A stretch of 64,000 nucleotides of DNA from Candidatus Poribacteria bacterium (lineage in GTDB: Bacteria > Poribacteria > WGA-4E > WGA-3G). Position numbers and translations under genes: made by a program. Under the pieces are notes generated by a model that saw nothing but the letters and a program-made list of their open reading frames with translations, was not told where the DNA came from and did no database searches. Shown piece after piece: positions 1-9,300 of the stretch (position 1 is its first letter; each line of letters starts with the position of its first letter). Location of the stretch: NCBI GenBank assembly GCA_022827625.1, contig JAJEIE010000022.1, forward strand, positions 24,293 through 88,292. The letters run 5' to 3'.

Positions 1-207
1 ATCACACCATTGCTTTATCTCTGTATCTCTCATCGCTTCATCAAAAACAATTTGCGACATTTTCAACCGATCGTCCTTTATGAGTTCCTCAATTTTACGC
101 CACAAAGAAGGGAAATTTTCAATTGGATACCGTTCATGAAAGGCAGCAATCAGCGCGCTCGTATCAAGACTGTAAATTACCTGACCATAGTTAAGGAATG
201 AATTCAT
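1..207 (-). CDS. DUF4411 / PIN-like nuclease family protein, N-terminal part only (runs off left edge)
   Basis: Absent from ORF track (no stop in window). Minus-strand translation from ATG at 207: MNSFLNYGQVIYSLDTSALIAAFHERYPIENFPSLWRKIEELIKDDRLKMSQIVFDEAMRDTEIKQWCD. The YSLDTSALI start resembles DUF4411 N-termini. ATG overlaps the upstream stop (ATGA, 204-207). Confidence 0.6.
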   Translation of the reverse strand, partial: MNSFLNYGQVIYSLDTSALIAAFHERYPIENFPSLWRKIEELIKDDRLKMSQIVFDEAMRDTEIKQWCD

Positions 208-1376
208 ACGAAGATAGCACTCTCAATTTTAGTAAGATGTTTTGTGTCAGAATTGGAAAGAACGGAGGCGAGTTCAGCGCGTGTGATTTTCTGCTCATAA
301 TAAGCAGTAAAAGCGATGCGGGCGAAATGCTCGCCGGAGGTGTTAAGAAGCCGATTATGATAAGGGGCAGCACCACCGGTCCCTGCTGGAACATCCTTAT
401 ACTTTGCTAACCGGCGGTTTCTGTACGTTTGATAGTTCCGCTGCGAGATTTTTCCCAGTGTTAGCAATCGCCGCATGATAACCTCAGGACTCACGCGAAA
501 GTGTTTGGAGATTCTGGGTAGGTCTTCTTCAAGCATCTCCAAATTTACCATTTCTAACAATTCATTTTCCGGGACTAAGACCTCGGCAGCCACCCCATTG
601 CAAAAAGCTTCAATTGGATCCAGATTGGAGAGATTTACTTCTTCAAAATCCGTATTCTGAATGACGCTTTCACCCAGGACAATATGAACTAACTCGTGGA
701 TGAGTGTGAAAATACGACCGTACGGACTATCTTTAGGATTTACTACAATCACCGGAAAAGGCCTCTGCGCAATGCAAAATCCGCGCACTGTTTCCAATTC
801 AACAGAAAGATGTGTGTTAACAGAAGTCTGACAAACAAGAATTCCTTTTGCTTCCACAGTCTGTTTCCAGAACTTCAACGCCTCGTACGGATTTTTCGCT
901 TGTTGTAGCTGTACTCTTTTGAACTCAAGAAATTCGGTTACTTTTCGTGCTGCTTGTTTCGGATTTTCACGCTTATTGATACTCAACTCAACTTCAAGTG
1001 GTGGCTCCTCTAACAATTCATACAGTTCAATCAGCATTTCTCGTCTTTCAAATGCTTCAACGATATTGGCATTTAATCTATAAATTTGTTCCTCATTAGT
1101 CGCAATCCGTTCAGGCAACACCCGATAATCTGTAAGTGGCTGAAAATCGGTAGGGGGTTTCGGCAGATAGAAAATGGAGATATGGGTCTTATAGAGTTTC
1201 GCAATTTTCTTTAGCTGCGCAAAGGTGGGTTGCTCCGTCCCAGCTTCCCACGCCTCAAGACGTTTTATATCTACTTTTAATTTTTCTGCCGCGTAGTCGA
1301 TCTCTAATCTGATGCGTCTTTCACGCGCCCATTTGAGAACTTCCGGCGTAATGAGTGCTTTAACAGATTTAGCCAT
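204..1376 (-). CDS. XRE-family HTH fused to ImmA/IrrE (DUF955, COG2856) zinc metallopeptidase
   Basis: N-terminal HTH (TEQPTFAQLKKIAKLYKTHISIFYLP) and HEXXH motif HELVHIVLGE in the C-terminal half. Confidence 0.8.
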   Translation of the reverse strand: MAKSVKALITPEVLKWARERRIRLEIDYAAEKLKVDIKRLEAWEAGTEQPTFAQLKKIAKLYKTHISIFYLPKPPTDFQPLTDYRVLPERIATNEEQIYRLNANIVEAFERREMLIELYELLEEPPLEVELSINKRENPKQAARKVTEFLEFKRVQLQQAKNPYEALKFWKQTVEAKGILVCQTSVNTHLSVELETVRGFCIAQRPFPVIVVNPKDSPYGRIFTLIHELVHIVLGESVIQNTDFEEVNLSNLDPIEAFCNGVAAEVLVPENELLEMVNLEMLEEDLPRISKHFRVSPEVIMRRLLTLGKISQRNYQTYRNRRLAKYKDVPAGTGGAAPYHNRLLNTSGEHFARIAFTAYYEQKITRAELASVLSNSDTKHLTKIESAIFV

Positions 1377-1420
1377 GATCTGTATCCCTACGAAATTACA
1401 ATAAAGCCCAAAAATACGTG

Positions 1421-1490
1421 AACACTTGTAGCAAAAACTGTTAGTTTGTGTTTAGGGTTTGCCACGCAAACTAACAGTTTGCGGTACGAT
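1421..1490 (-). repeat. Repeat family B copy 1; contains a 14-bp perfect hairpin followed by a T-run on the minus strand (attenuator/terminator-like)
   Basis: Arms aaactgttagtttg (1435-1448) and caaactaacagttt (1467-1480). On the minus strand the 3' arm runs into TTTTTGC. Related copies at 35563-35620 and 38166-38194. Confidence 0.6.
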
Positions 1491-1628
1491 AGAAGTGTTC
1501 AATTAATTATGGAATTCACTATAATTGAAATGTTTTCAAATTGCGTAATATAGAACTCAAGGAATTTGTGAACGAATATATTATCGTGCAAAGATATACT
1601 TAATATATATTACTCAAAAGTAAATTAA

Positions 1629-1657
1629 AGTATACCACAAAAAACGCAAATTGTCAA
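1629..1657 (-). promoter_or_regulatory. sigma70-type promoter TTGACA-17-TATACT
   Basis: Minus strand: TTGACA (1657-1652), 17-nt spacer, TATACT (1634-1629). Implies a ~245-nt leader before the ATG at 1376. Confidence 0.55.
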
Positions 1658-1683
1658 AAGACGGTTGCAACTAAAAAACTAAA

Positions 1684-1700
1684 GGCGAGGTTAGGAAACC
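1684..1700. repeat. Repeat family A, half copy (ggcgaggttaggaaacc)
   Basis: Same 17-mer as 5493-5509, followed by degenerate echoes (ggtgagattggaaaatcc, ggttagcaataacggaaatcc). Confidence 0.5.
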
Positions 1701-1769
1701 CCACCTACCAATGTTAAGGAAATCTGGTGAGATTGGAAAATCCGGTTAGCAATAACGGAAATCCCATGT

Positions 1770-2369
1770 CTATTCTACCAACACAATTACACCACAACCG
1801 ATGCGTGCGCCGGCATCGCCTGAAGGTTGTGAGGTAAAGTCATCTGCGTCAGCGTGGACGATAATGCCTTTGCCGACAACATCTATATCGGAACCGGTTC
1901 CGATTTCCCAGAGATCGGTCGTCAATTCAATGCTGCCTGTGCCGTCCTCGCCGACGGTGATATTGCCGATGTCTCCGAGATGGAATTCACCTACGCCCCA
2001 TTTCCCGTGTGCGACACCTGTCGGATTCCAGTGACCACCTGCGGATGTACCGTCGGGTGCACTACAATCGCCACTCTCGTGGATGTGAACGGCGTGGAGA
2101 CCGGGAGTGGCGTTTTGGATGTCAATCAGGACTGTGATTTGGTCGCCGCTTCGCGTGAAAGTCACAGTTCCGGTCACGATGCTACCACTGGTTGGACCAA
2201 TTATTGCAATCGCCTGTATCCTTGCTGGAGCTGAAATCACATCTGTCACATCTGTCTGTTGCGGAATTCTCTCACAGCCTACCAAAGACAGAGAAACGCA
2301 AATCAGGAAAAGAAAAGAAGTTTTGATGCCAAAGGCAATTAAAGTCTGTTTCAACGTTGAATCCTCCAT
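1770..2369 (-). CDS. sodC: Cu/Zn superoxide dismutase, lipoprotein
   Basis: HAVHIHESGDCS, GGHWNP, HLGDIGNI and IVHADADD motifs; lipobox LSLVGC. Confidence 0.9.
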   Translation of the reverse strand: MEDSTLKQTLIAFGIKTSFLFLICVSLSLVGCERIPQQTDVTDVISAPARIQAIAIIGPTSGSIVTGTVTFTRSGDQITVLIDIQNATPGLHAVHIHESGDCSAPDGTSAGGHWNPTGVAHGKWGVGEFHLGDIGNITVGEDGTGSIELTTDLWEIGTGSDIDVVGKGIIVHADADDFTSQPSGDAGARIGCGVIVLVE

Positions 2370-2536
2370 TAAAGTCCGTTAATTTACAAGGTAATATTAC
2401 AGAAGTGGGATGGTGAATTCTCAAATCATTCACTCATCACAATTAATCATTAAAATAGTAAAACATTCGGCTGGAAAAGTAAAGTATAAATATTGAATAT
2501 AGCAAAAACTTGCTGGGATAACTGGAAAGATAAGGT

Positions 2537-2560
2537 GGATGAGGCACAGGGACCTCATCC
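2537..2560 (-). terminator. Hairpin downstream of the CRTAC1-like gene (possible intrinsic terminator)
   Basis: GGATGAGG (2537-2544) and CCTCATCC (2553-2560), 8-nt loop. Minus strand continues ACCTTATCTTTCC, a weak T-tract. Confidence 0.4.
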
Positions 2561-2591
2561 AACATCTGTGGAAGGCAAGTTAGGGACACAC

Positions 2592-4301
2592 CTACGGTGC
2601 GTCTTCTTCAATACGGATGTGTTGGTTGGGTTTGACATTCTGGCGTGTGCTGACGGTGCCGCTGGGCCAGCGGACTTCGATTGTCTCAATGGTGGTGTCG
2701 CTGTCTATACCGAAGATGGCAGTAAGTTCGCTCTGTGAACAGTAACTGGAACCGCTCTTGACTGTCCGTGTCTGTGTTCCGAGTGCGGAGGTTACGCGAA
2801 TCTCCGCGCCGATGCCGTCGCGATTGTTGGTGTGTCCGACGAGTTGTATTTTTATCCAAGCGTTACGGTTGCCACCGTCGTTTCGGAAAAGATACGCCGG
2901 TCCGTTGGAGGTGGTAATCAGTAAATCCCAATCGCCATCGTTGTCAATATCGCCGTAGGCGCCGCCCCTGCCAACCATTGGGGTCGCCAAGTCCGTGCCG
3001 ACTTCCCGGATCGCATCGGTGAATTTGCCTTGTCCATCGTTGTGAAATAGATGCGGGAGTTGGGCATAGGTAACTTGGCTCTGGATGGCGTTGATGTCTG
3101 TTTCAACGTGTCCGTTGGCAGTGAAAATGTCAAGGTTGCCATCGAAGTCAAAGTCGAAGAAGAAACAGGCGAAGGTGAGTGTTAGTAAGGTTGCGTTTCC
3201 GATATGCGCGGCGGGGGCATCGTCTATGAAGAAATCGCCTTCGTTGTGGTAGAGATTGAGCATCTCGTTGGAGAAGTTGCCGATGACGAGGCTCTCCCTA
3301 CCGGTGTGATCGTAGTCTGCGGCATCAATCCCCATTGCGCCGGTCGCGATGCCACTTTCGTTATAAGCAATTCCGGCGAGCATTCCGGCTTCAATGAAGG
3401 TGCCGTCGCCGTTATTTTGATAGAGCTTATTGGGTTGTGTATCATTTGCCTCAAAGATGTCAGGCAAACCGTCGGCATTGTAGTCGAAGATGCAAACGCC
3501 GAGCGATTTGCTTGTGCGATCCTCAATCCGTGCGATACGGGAGACATCCAGAAATGTGCCATCACCGCGATTCCTGAAGAGTTTGCTGGACTGACCGGTG
3601 TAGGATTCAGGGGTACAGTAAGATTTATTTGTGCCATCAAGGGTACAGAATATGTCGTTTTCTACAGTCCATTCGACATAGTTCGCGACATAAACGTCGA
3701 GGTGTCCGTCTTTGTTGTAGTCGAACCATGCGCAGCTCGTGCCGAAGCCGGGGTTATGGATACCGGCGGTTTCCGTGACATCAACGAAAGTGCCGTCACC
3801 ACCGTTTTGGAAGAGGCGATCGGTCTCAAGGGTGCTGATATAGATATCTGGGTCACCGTCGTTATCGTAATCGGCGACAGCGACTCCCATGCCGTAGAGT
3901 GGGACAGCGAGTCCGGCGGTTTCGGTGACATCGGTGAAAGTGCCGTCTTGGTTGTTGCGGTAGAGTGCCATCGTCTGCCGTTTCTGGGTCGGCTTACCCG
4001 CCCAATCCTTTCCGTTGACGAGGAGAATGTCCTGCCAACCGTCGGTGTCATAATCGAGGAAGGCGCAGCCGGACCCCATGGTTTCGGGGAGGTATTTTTT
4101 TCCGTAAGCCCCTGTATTATGGACGAAGTCGATTCCGGCTTCGCGCGTGATGTCGGTGAATTGGGGTAAGGCTTGTGCCGGAGCAGTTAGGGTTGCTATC
4201 CAACCGCAATAGCAGATCATAAAGAAGGCGCAATAAATTGCGCTATTACGAACCGAGGATCTTATCCAAGAGCGATAACAAAGAATGCGTGTCTGTTTCA
4301 T
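2592..4301 (-). CDS. CRTAC1-family protein (FG-GAP/VCBS repeats + ASPIC/UnbV C-terminal domain), secreted
   Basis: Repeated DxDxDGxxD FG-GAP motifs; C-terminus NRDGIGAEIRV...GSSYCSQSE typical of UnbV_ASPIC. Start trimmed to the ATG at 4301 (MKQTRIL..., signal peptide) to avoid overlap; track start is 4334. Confidence 0.85.
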   Translation of the reverse strand: MKQTRILCYRSWIRSSVRNSAIYCAFFMICYCGWIATLTAPAQALPQFTDITREAGIDFVHNTGAYGKKYLPETMGSGCAFLDYDTDGWQDILLVNGKDWAGKPTQKRQTMALYRNNQDGTFTDVTETAGLAVPLYGMGVAVADYDNDGDPDIYISTLETDRLFQNGGDGTFVDVTETAGIHNPGFGTSCAWFDYNKDGHLDVYVANYVEWTVENDIFCTLDGTNKSYCTPESYTGQSSKLFRNRGDGTFLDVSRIARIEDRTSKSLGVCIFDYNADGLPDIFEANDTQPNKLYQNNGDGTFIEAGMLAGIAYNESGIATGAMGIDAADYDHTGRESLVIGNFSNEMLNLYHNEGDFFIDDAPAAHIGNATLLTLTFACFFFDFDFDGNLDIFTANGHVETDINAIQSQVTYAQLPHLFHNDGQGKFTDAIREVGTDLATPMVGRGGAYGDIDNDGDWDLLITTSNGPAYLFRNDGGNRNAWIKIQLVGHTNNRDGIGAEIRVTSALGTQTRTVKSGSSYCSQSELTAIFGIDSDTTIETIEVRWPSGTVSTRQNVKPNQHIRIEEDAP

Positions 4302-4303
4302 TT

Positions 4304-5479
4304 TTAGACGGAAATCCATCGCTTCTCCTTCCATGAGGTTTGGATGGCGGTTTGCACATCGGCAACCGCGGCGGCTTCCCGGAAACCCGGATCTGCTTGC
4401 TTTCTTGCGTAAATGGCTTGTAAGAACTGCGATGCTTCAATCGTTTTCAGGTCGTCATAGCCTAATCCGACACCGGGACCGGGATTGAAATCGCTGTGGA
4501 AGGGATGGCTCGGACCGCTCAATATGCGGGTGTATCCGTCAGGGAAACCGTCCGCAGTGGGTAGGTAGATTTCCAGTTCGTTCATCTGCTCAAAATTCCA
4601 ACGTAAAGCACCTTCAGTTCCATGTACCTCAAACGCCATTTCACACTTGGGTCCATTAATAACCCTGCACGCTTCAAATGTCCCTCTGGCACCGTTCTCA
4701 AATTGGACTAACGCTCCAACATAATCCTCATTCGTCACGGACCCCATTTTGCCATCTGTGCTGAGCGAGAAGTGTGTGCCGGTGCCTGCTGTTGCCACGG
4801 GACGTTCTGGAATAAACGTCTCTTGTTGCGAGACGACGCTGTCAATACTTCCCATAATGAAGTGCGCCATATCAATGACGTGAGAAAGCAGGTCACCAAG
4901 CGTGCCGAGTCCTGCGACCTCTTTCTGAAAACGCCATGAAAGCACTGCACGGGGATGGCTGGCATAGCCCGCAAAAAATCTGCCGCGATAGTGGGTGAGG
5001 GTGCCGAGTTTTCCTTCTGAAATCAGTTGTTGTGCGTATTGAACGACGGGTGCCCATCTGTAGTTATAACCGACACCTGTGAGGACATCTGCTCGTTGTG
5101 CGGCGGCGTAGATCGCCTTCGTTTCAGAAGGATTCCGTCCGACGGGTTTCTCACAGAAGATGTGTTTTCCTGCAGCCGCCGCTGCCTCGACGATCTCAAG
5201 GTGCATGCTGTTGGGTGCGGCGATGTTGACAACGTGTACGTCTTCGTCTTCTATAACGTGTCGGAAATCCGGGGTTGTGCGTTCAAATCCGAAGCGTGTT
5301 TTTGCTTCGGTTGTGCGTTCGGTAACATCATCGGCACATACAATGAGTTTGGGTTGAAGGGGTCTGTCGTGAAATCGGTCTGCGATCTGACGATATGCGC
5401 GGGCGTGCGTCATACCCATCCACCCCATACCAACAATGCCGATGCCTATTGTACGTTTTTCCATTCTTTTACTTGTCAT
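4304..5479 (-). CDS. Gfo/Idh/MocA family oxidoreductase
   Basis: Rossmann N-terminus [19 protein letters not shown]. Track ORF extends to 5641 across repeat family A; trimmed to the ATG at 5479 (alternative 5464). Confidence 0.85.
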   Translation of the reverse strand: MTSKRMEKRTIGIGIVGMGWMGMTHARAYRQIADRFHDRPLQPKLIVCADDVTERTTEAKTRFGFERTTPDFRHVIEDEDVHVVNIAAPNSMHLEIVEAAAAAGKHIFCEKPVGRNPSETKAIYAAAQRADVLTGVGYNYRWAPVVQYAQQLISEGKLGTLTHYRGRFFAGYASHPRAVLSWRFQKEVAGLGTLGDLLSHVIDMAHFIMGSIDSVVSQQETFIPERPVATAGTGTHFSLSTDGKMGSVTNEDYVGALVQFENGARGTFEACRVINGPKCEMAFEVHGTEGALRWNFEQMNELEIYLPTADGFPDGYTRILSGPSHPFHSDFNPGPGVGLGYDDLKTIEASQFLQAIYARKQADPGFREAAAVADVQTAIQTSWKEKRWISV

Positions 5480-5492
5480 AATTCGGTAATTT

Positions 5493-5514
5493 GGCGAGGT
5501 TAGGAAACCTCGCC
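5493..5514. repeat. Repeat family A, full palindrome GGCGAGGTT-AGGA-AACCTCGCC
   Basis: Perfect 9-bp arms. Inverted copy at 35670-35691 (loop TCCT). Half copies at 1684-1700, 5611-5619 and 31861-31872, all followed by AGCRG. Confidence 0.7.
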
Positions 5515-5641
5515 AGCAGCCGGGGCCACCCATCTCGTGGTTAGGAATGCACGTTGCATGAATCAACGGTATGAATGCCGTGTGGCATTCCCCGGAGCGA
5601 GTACGCTGCAAAACCTCGCCAGCGGTGGCGGGCACGTCCAA

Positions 5642-6361
5642 CTACCGAGGTCTGATTGTGCTACCCTTTTTTAGGTCTCCCCACGTGGTTGTGAGTTTGG
5701 CTCGCGGTTCGACGGGACGTGCTTTTCCTGGGCCGCCATTCTTGATGTTTGCTCCCGTAATTTCGACATCATCGAAGTGCGCACGTCCATCAGCAACAAC
5801 GAGCCCAGCCTGTCCCCCTTTTAAGGGATCATCGTCAATAGCAGTAAACACCTCATCATCGACCTTGAATTCAATAGTGCCGTCCTCGTGAATAGTTGCG
5901 GTGAGTTCGTACCACGTATCAATTTCGGCTTCAAATGGGTAGACGACGGGGAACCAATCGTCTCGAAGTGCCTTTACAAGCCGGACGGTGCCGAAAACAT
6001 AATCAATAAAAAAGAGGTAGCGACTATCTTCTTCGCCTCTGTCGTGGAGTGTCAACCCGATGCTCGGTGGATCGTTCTTGTCCTCTACTAATTTTGCGCG
6101 ACAAGAGAAGGAGTAGTTTTTCCATGTGAGTTCGCCTGTGAGCCAGAGGCTCATAAAACCGGGCAGGAAGATTTCACCGACGGCTTCGCCGTCATCAATC
6201 CACCACTTTTCGACCTGTCGGTCGATATTAAAAATTTTCCATTCACGGGTATCTTTGTCTTCAAAATCGTCGCGCCATGTACCTGCGAGGGCGGATTGCC
6301 ACGTCTGTATTACAAAACAGGTAATTATGATGATTGCGATTGCTGGTGTTAAGCCTTTCAT
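5642..6361 (-). CDS. Secreted concanavalin-A-like lectin/glucanase-fold protein (DUF1080/LamG-like)
   Basis: Signal peptide MKGLTPAIAIIIITCFVIQTWQSALA; beta-sandwich-like sequence ending GQAGLVVADGRAHFDDVEI. ATG at 6361 overlaps the upstream stop (ATGA). Confidence 0.55.
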   Translation of the reverse strand: MKGLTPAIAIIIITCFVIQTWQSALAGTWRDDFEDKDTREWKIFNIDRQVEKWWIDDGEAVGEIFLPGFMSLWLTGELTWKNYSFSCRAKLVEDKNDPPSIGLTLHDRGEEDSRYLFFIDYVFGTVRLVKALRDDWFPVVYPFEAEIDTWYELTATIHEDGTIEFKVDDEVFTAIDDDPLKGGQAGLVVADGRAHFDDVEITGANIKNGGPGKARPVEPRAKLTTTWGDLKKGSTIRPR

Positions 6362-9300
6362 TTTTCTTCTCCTTGTGCTTCGGTAATTATGCATTGTCCA
6401 TCGGAATCCGCATAGGGACAAGAACAGCAGTGTTCAAGGTTTTTCTGGTAATCTTCTCGCTGCAGTGCCGAGATTTTTTCTGCCCACCGTTCCTGAGCTT
6501 CCTGCAATTGTGCTGCGTTGAAGTGTATTTGTTTGTCCTGACCGTGTTTGGTAAGGAAAAGATTAACGGTTACTGTCAGTTGCTCTGGATAACGCCGATG
6601 TCCGAGCAGCGCATAAAGTTCTATCTCTGGACGGTGTGTGTCTAAATCACATATTTCAGAAGTATTGTAAATGACAAGTTGATACTGTCCTGTTTCATCT
6701 GTAAAGAGCCTATCGAGTCTGCCCTCAATAATGTGTCCGTTGAGATTCGCGTGGATTTGCTGATTGACATAGGTTCGAGATGCATTAAAAAGTGTCTCTG
6801 TGATTTCAGAATTGAGGAAATTATTAGCATGTACACGTAATGCTCTTTTGGATTCACTGGTCATCTCCGGGTCATCCTCGGATACCTGTGCAACGAATGT
6901 GTCAAGATTTTCCGCATCTGAGTGTCGTCTGATTTGGGCAAGTACCCGATGGATGGGACTGTCAGTCTTCTCATCCGAATCTGTGTTGTCATTGATTGGC
7001 GGAATTTGCAGTAAATTTTGCAGTTTATACCTTAGCGGGCAGCGGGCGTAGTTCGCGAGTTCGGTGACGGAGAAGGCTGCGTTGATTGTTGTGGGCTGTA
7101 GTGCCGATGGCAGCGGATCTGGAAATTCGACCAGGGACGTATCATTGGAAGTCTCATCGCCAGGCACGAGGTCTGCCAGCGTCCGAGAAATCGGGATTTG
7201 GAGTTCACAGTTTTGGCGCGTTGTATGGTTGTTTGCAAACATCTCTAAGGCAACAGACAGACTCAAGTGATCCGCTTCATTGTCAATATGAAGATGTTTA
7301 TGGAGCCATCCAAGTGCTTGTTGGGGGTTCCCGTTAACTGGAAGGGTCCCTGATAGGATCAGCCGGTCCTCGGCACGTGTTGTCCCGACGTATAGGACCC
7401 GTTTTTTTTCTGCAACTCCTTTCGCATCTGCTCGATCTTTCATGCGTTCAACAATTGTTGGTGCAGTTTTCTCATAACCTTTTTTCGGGTTAAGTGGACT
7501 AAAACCGATACCAAGCGTGTCATCAATAAAAGGCTCCGTATCGGTTCGTCCCTTGCGTTCAAGACAAGGGAGTATGACGACTGGGAATTGCTTTCCCTTC
7601 GCTGCGTGGATTGTCATAATTTCGACGGCATCCGTACTTGATTCCATTGGTGCTTGTCCTTCGCGCGGCTCTTCATCAATCAAGATATTCAGAAACTCAA
7701 TGAAGTCTGTAAGGGTTTGTTTATCCTCATCGGCATCAAAGTTTCTGGCGAACTCCAACAGTTTTTGGTAGTTCGCCCACCGTTGTGGTCCCTGTTTCCC
7801 GGTTTTCAGTGTACCAATCATTCCTGTTTCATTAACGAGAGTAAGGATAAGTTGGTTTACAGACATGCGATGTGCGATTCGGATGTGCCTGTTTAGGGTA
7901 TCTATGGCGTTCCTGAGATGTTCAGTGGGTGCGGGGTATTTCTGCGCTTTTTCCCAGAAATCAGTTCCCTCTTGCAATGAAATTTCATAGAGTTCAGTGT
8001 CAGAAATACCGAAAGCGGGACTGCGGAGAACTCCAACGAGAGATGCGTGATTTTCTGTCGGTTTGTTAAGGAAGTTGAGGTAGTTCCAAATATCGTAAAT
8101 TTCTTGTCGTTGATAGAAACCGATACCCCCAGTGGTGAGGTACGGGATGCCTGCTTCAAGAAGTGCGTGTTCAATATTAGGAAGATGACTTCTATACCGA
8201 ATGAGGATAGCGATGTCCCCATACGCTATGGGACGCTCTCCTTCCTCCCCATTCTTGGGTGCCCACACCTTTTCTTTTTTTAGTCTCATGTTTTTGATAT
8301 GGCGTGCGATCAGTGCGGATTCATCAGCGGTTCCTTCCTCCTTTGTTCCAAACAGGCACTCAATACTGCCATTTGGCTGCATGGGGCGTGCTTTTTTCAG
8401 AGGTTCATACGGCACCTCAAATCTATTTGTGTCCCCGGTACCCATCAAACTATGAAAAAAATAGTTGACGAAAGCGATAACTGTAGACAAAGAACGGAAG
8501 TTCTCTCTGAGGGAGATAGCGAGCCCAGCATTTTCAACAATTTTGTTCCTCGTTTTCTCAAAGATACTGACATCCGCGCCGCGAAAGGCATAAATGCTCT
8601 GTTTCGGATCACCGACGATGAAGAGATTTGCGCTTTTGAGTTCGTTCGTGAGGTACATGACGAGGTTGTACTGTAATTCGTTTGTGTCTTGATATTCGTC
8701 TATCATGTAATACTTGTACCGAGATACCAATTCCTGTCGGATGCCCTCGTCGTTTTTGAGGAGGTCGCGAGTTTTAATTTGGAGATCACTGAAATCAAGT
8801 TTGGCTTGCGAGAGTTTGGTGTTTTGGTATTCTCTGAGGATTCGTTTGTATAGTGTGAACAAGTCATGGGTTGTGCTAATTAGAAAATCGTCATCTGTTA
8901 TATTTTCGCTATCGGTTCTAACGTCACTCCTTTTATCATCATCTTTTTCAAGAGTTGGAACGTCTTTAATCTTTTTCGCAGTTGATTCGAGAAGTTCAAT
9001 CTCATCTACAATTTCTGTCCTATCAATGCTTTTCGGGAGAAAGCTTGGCGTTCGAATTTCATCTTTTGTAGTTGTGACTATTTTCGCGATTTCTTTAAGC
9101 AAGTTCTGCACTTCAAGCGAATCCGGGTTCTGCTTATATAGTGGTTCTAATTGCGCTGTTAACTGCTTGGCTTCCTCTGCCTTCTTACCTTTTGCAATCT
9201 TCAAAACAGGATTTAGGCATCGGATGAATTCGGCAACGTTAATCTTTGACATGAGTCGGTTGATTGTTGCCATGGTTTCTACGCGAGTACTTTGTTCCCA

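Noticed and set aside
10-201. 63-aa plus-strand ORF at the left edge
   Set aside because: Antisense to the DUF4411-like reading frame, which is translationally coupled to the ImmA gene and has family-like sequence.
3204-4169. 321-aa plus-strand ORF
   Set aside because: Antisense to the well-supported CRTAC1/FG-GAP gene. Its translation is low-complexity (V/G/I/D-rich mirror of the DxDGD repeats), with no RBS and no recognisable domain.
4304-5641. Long N-terminal extensions in the ORF track (also 5642-6421, 13675-13971, 22662-23486, 26524-27594, 38246-39181, 42146-42772, 46421-47668, 52230-55961, 56036-57859, 59745-60815)
   Set aside because: The extensions run through intergenic repeats or the upstream gene, often begin at non-ATG codons, and precede obvious signal peptides or Rossmann N-termini with better-placed ATGs. 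Starts were trimmed accordingly; the exact starts remain predictions.
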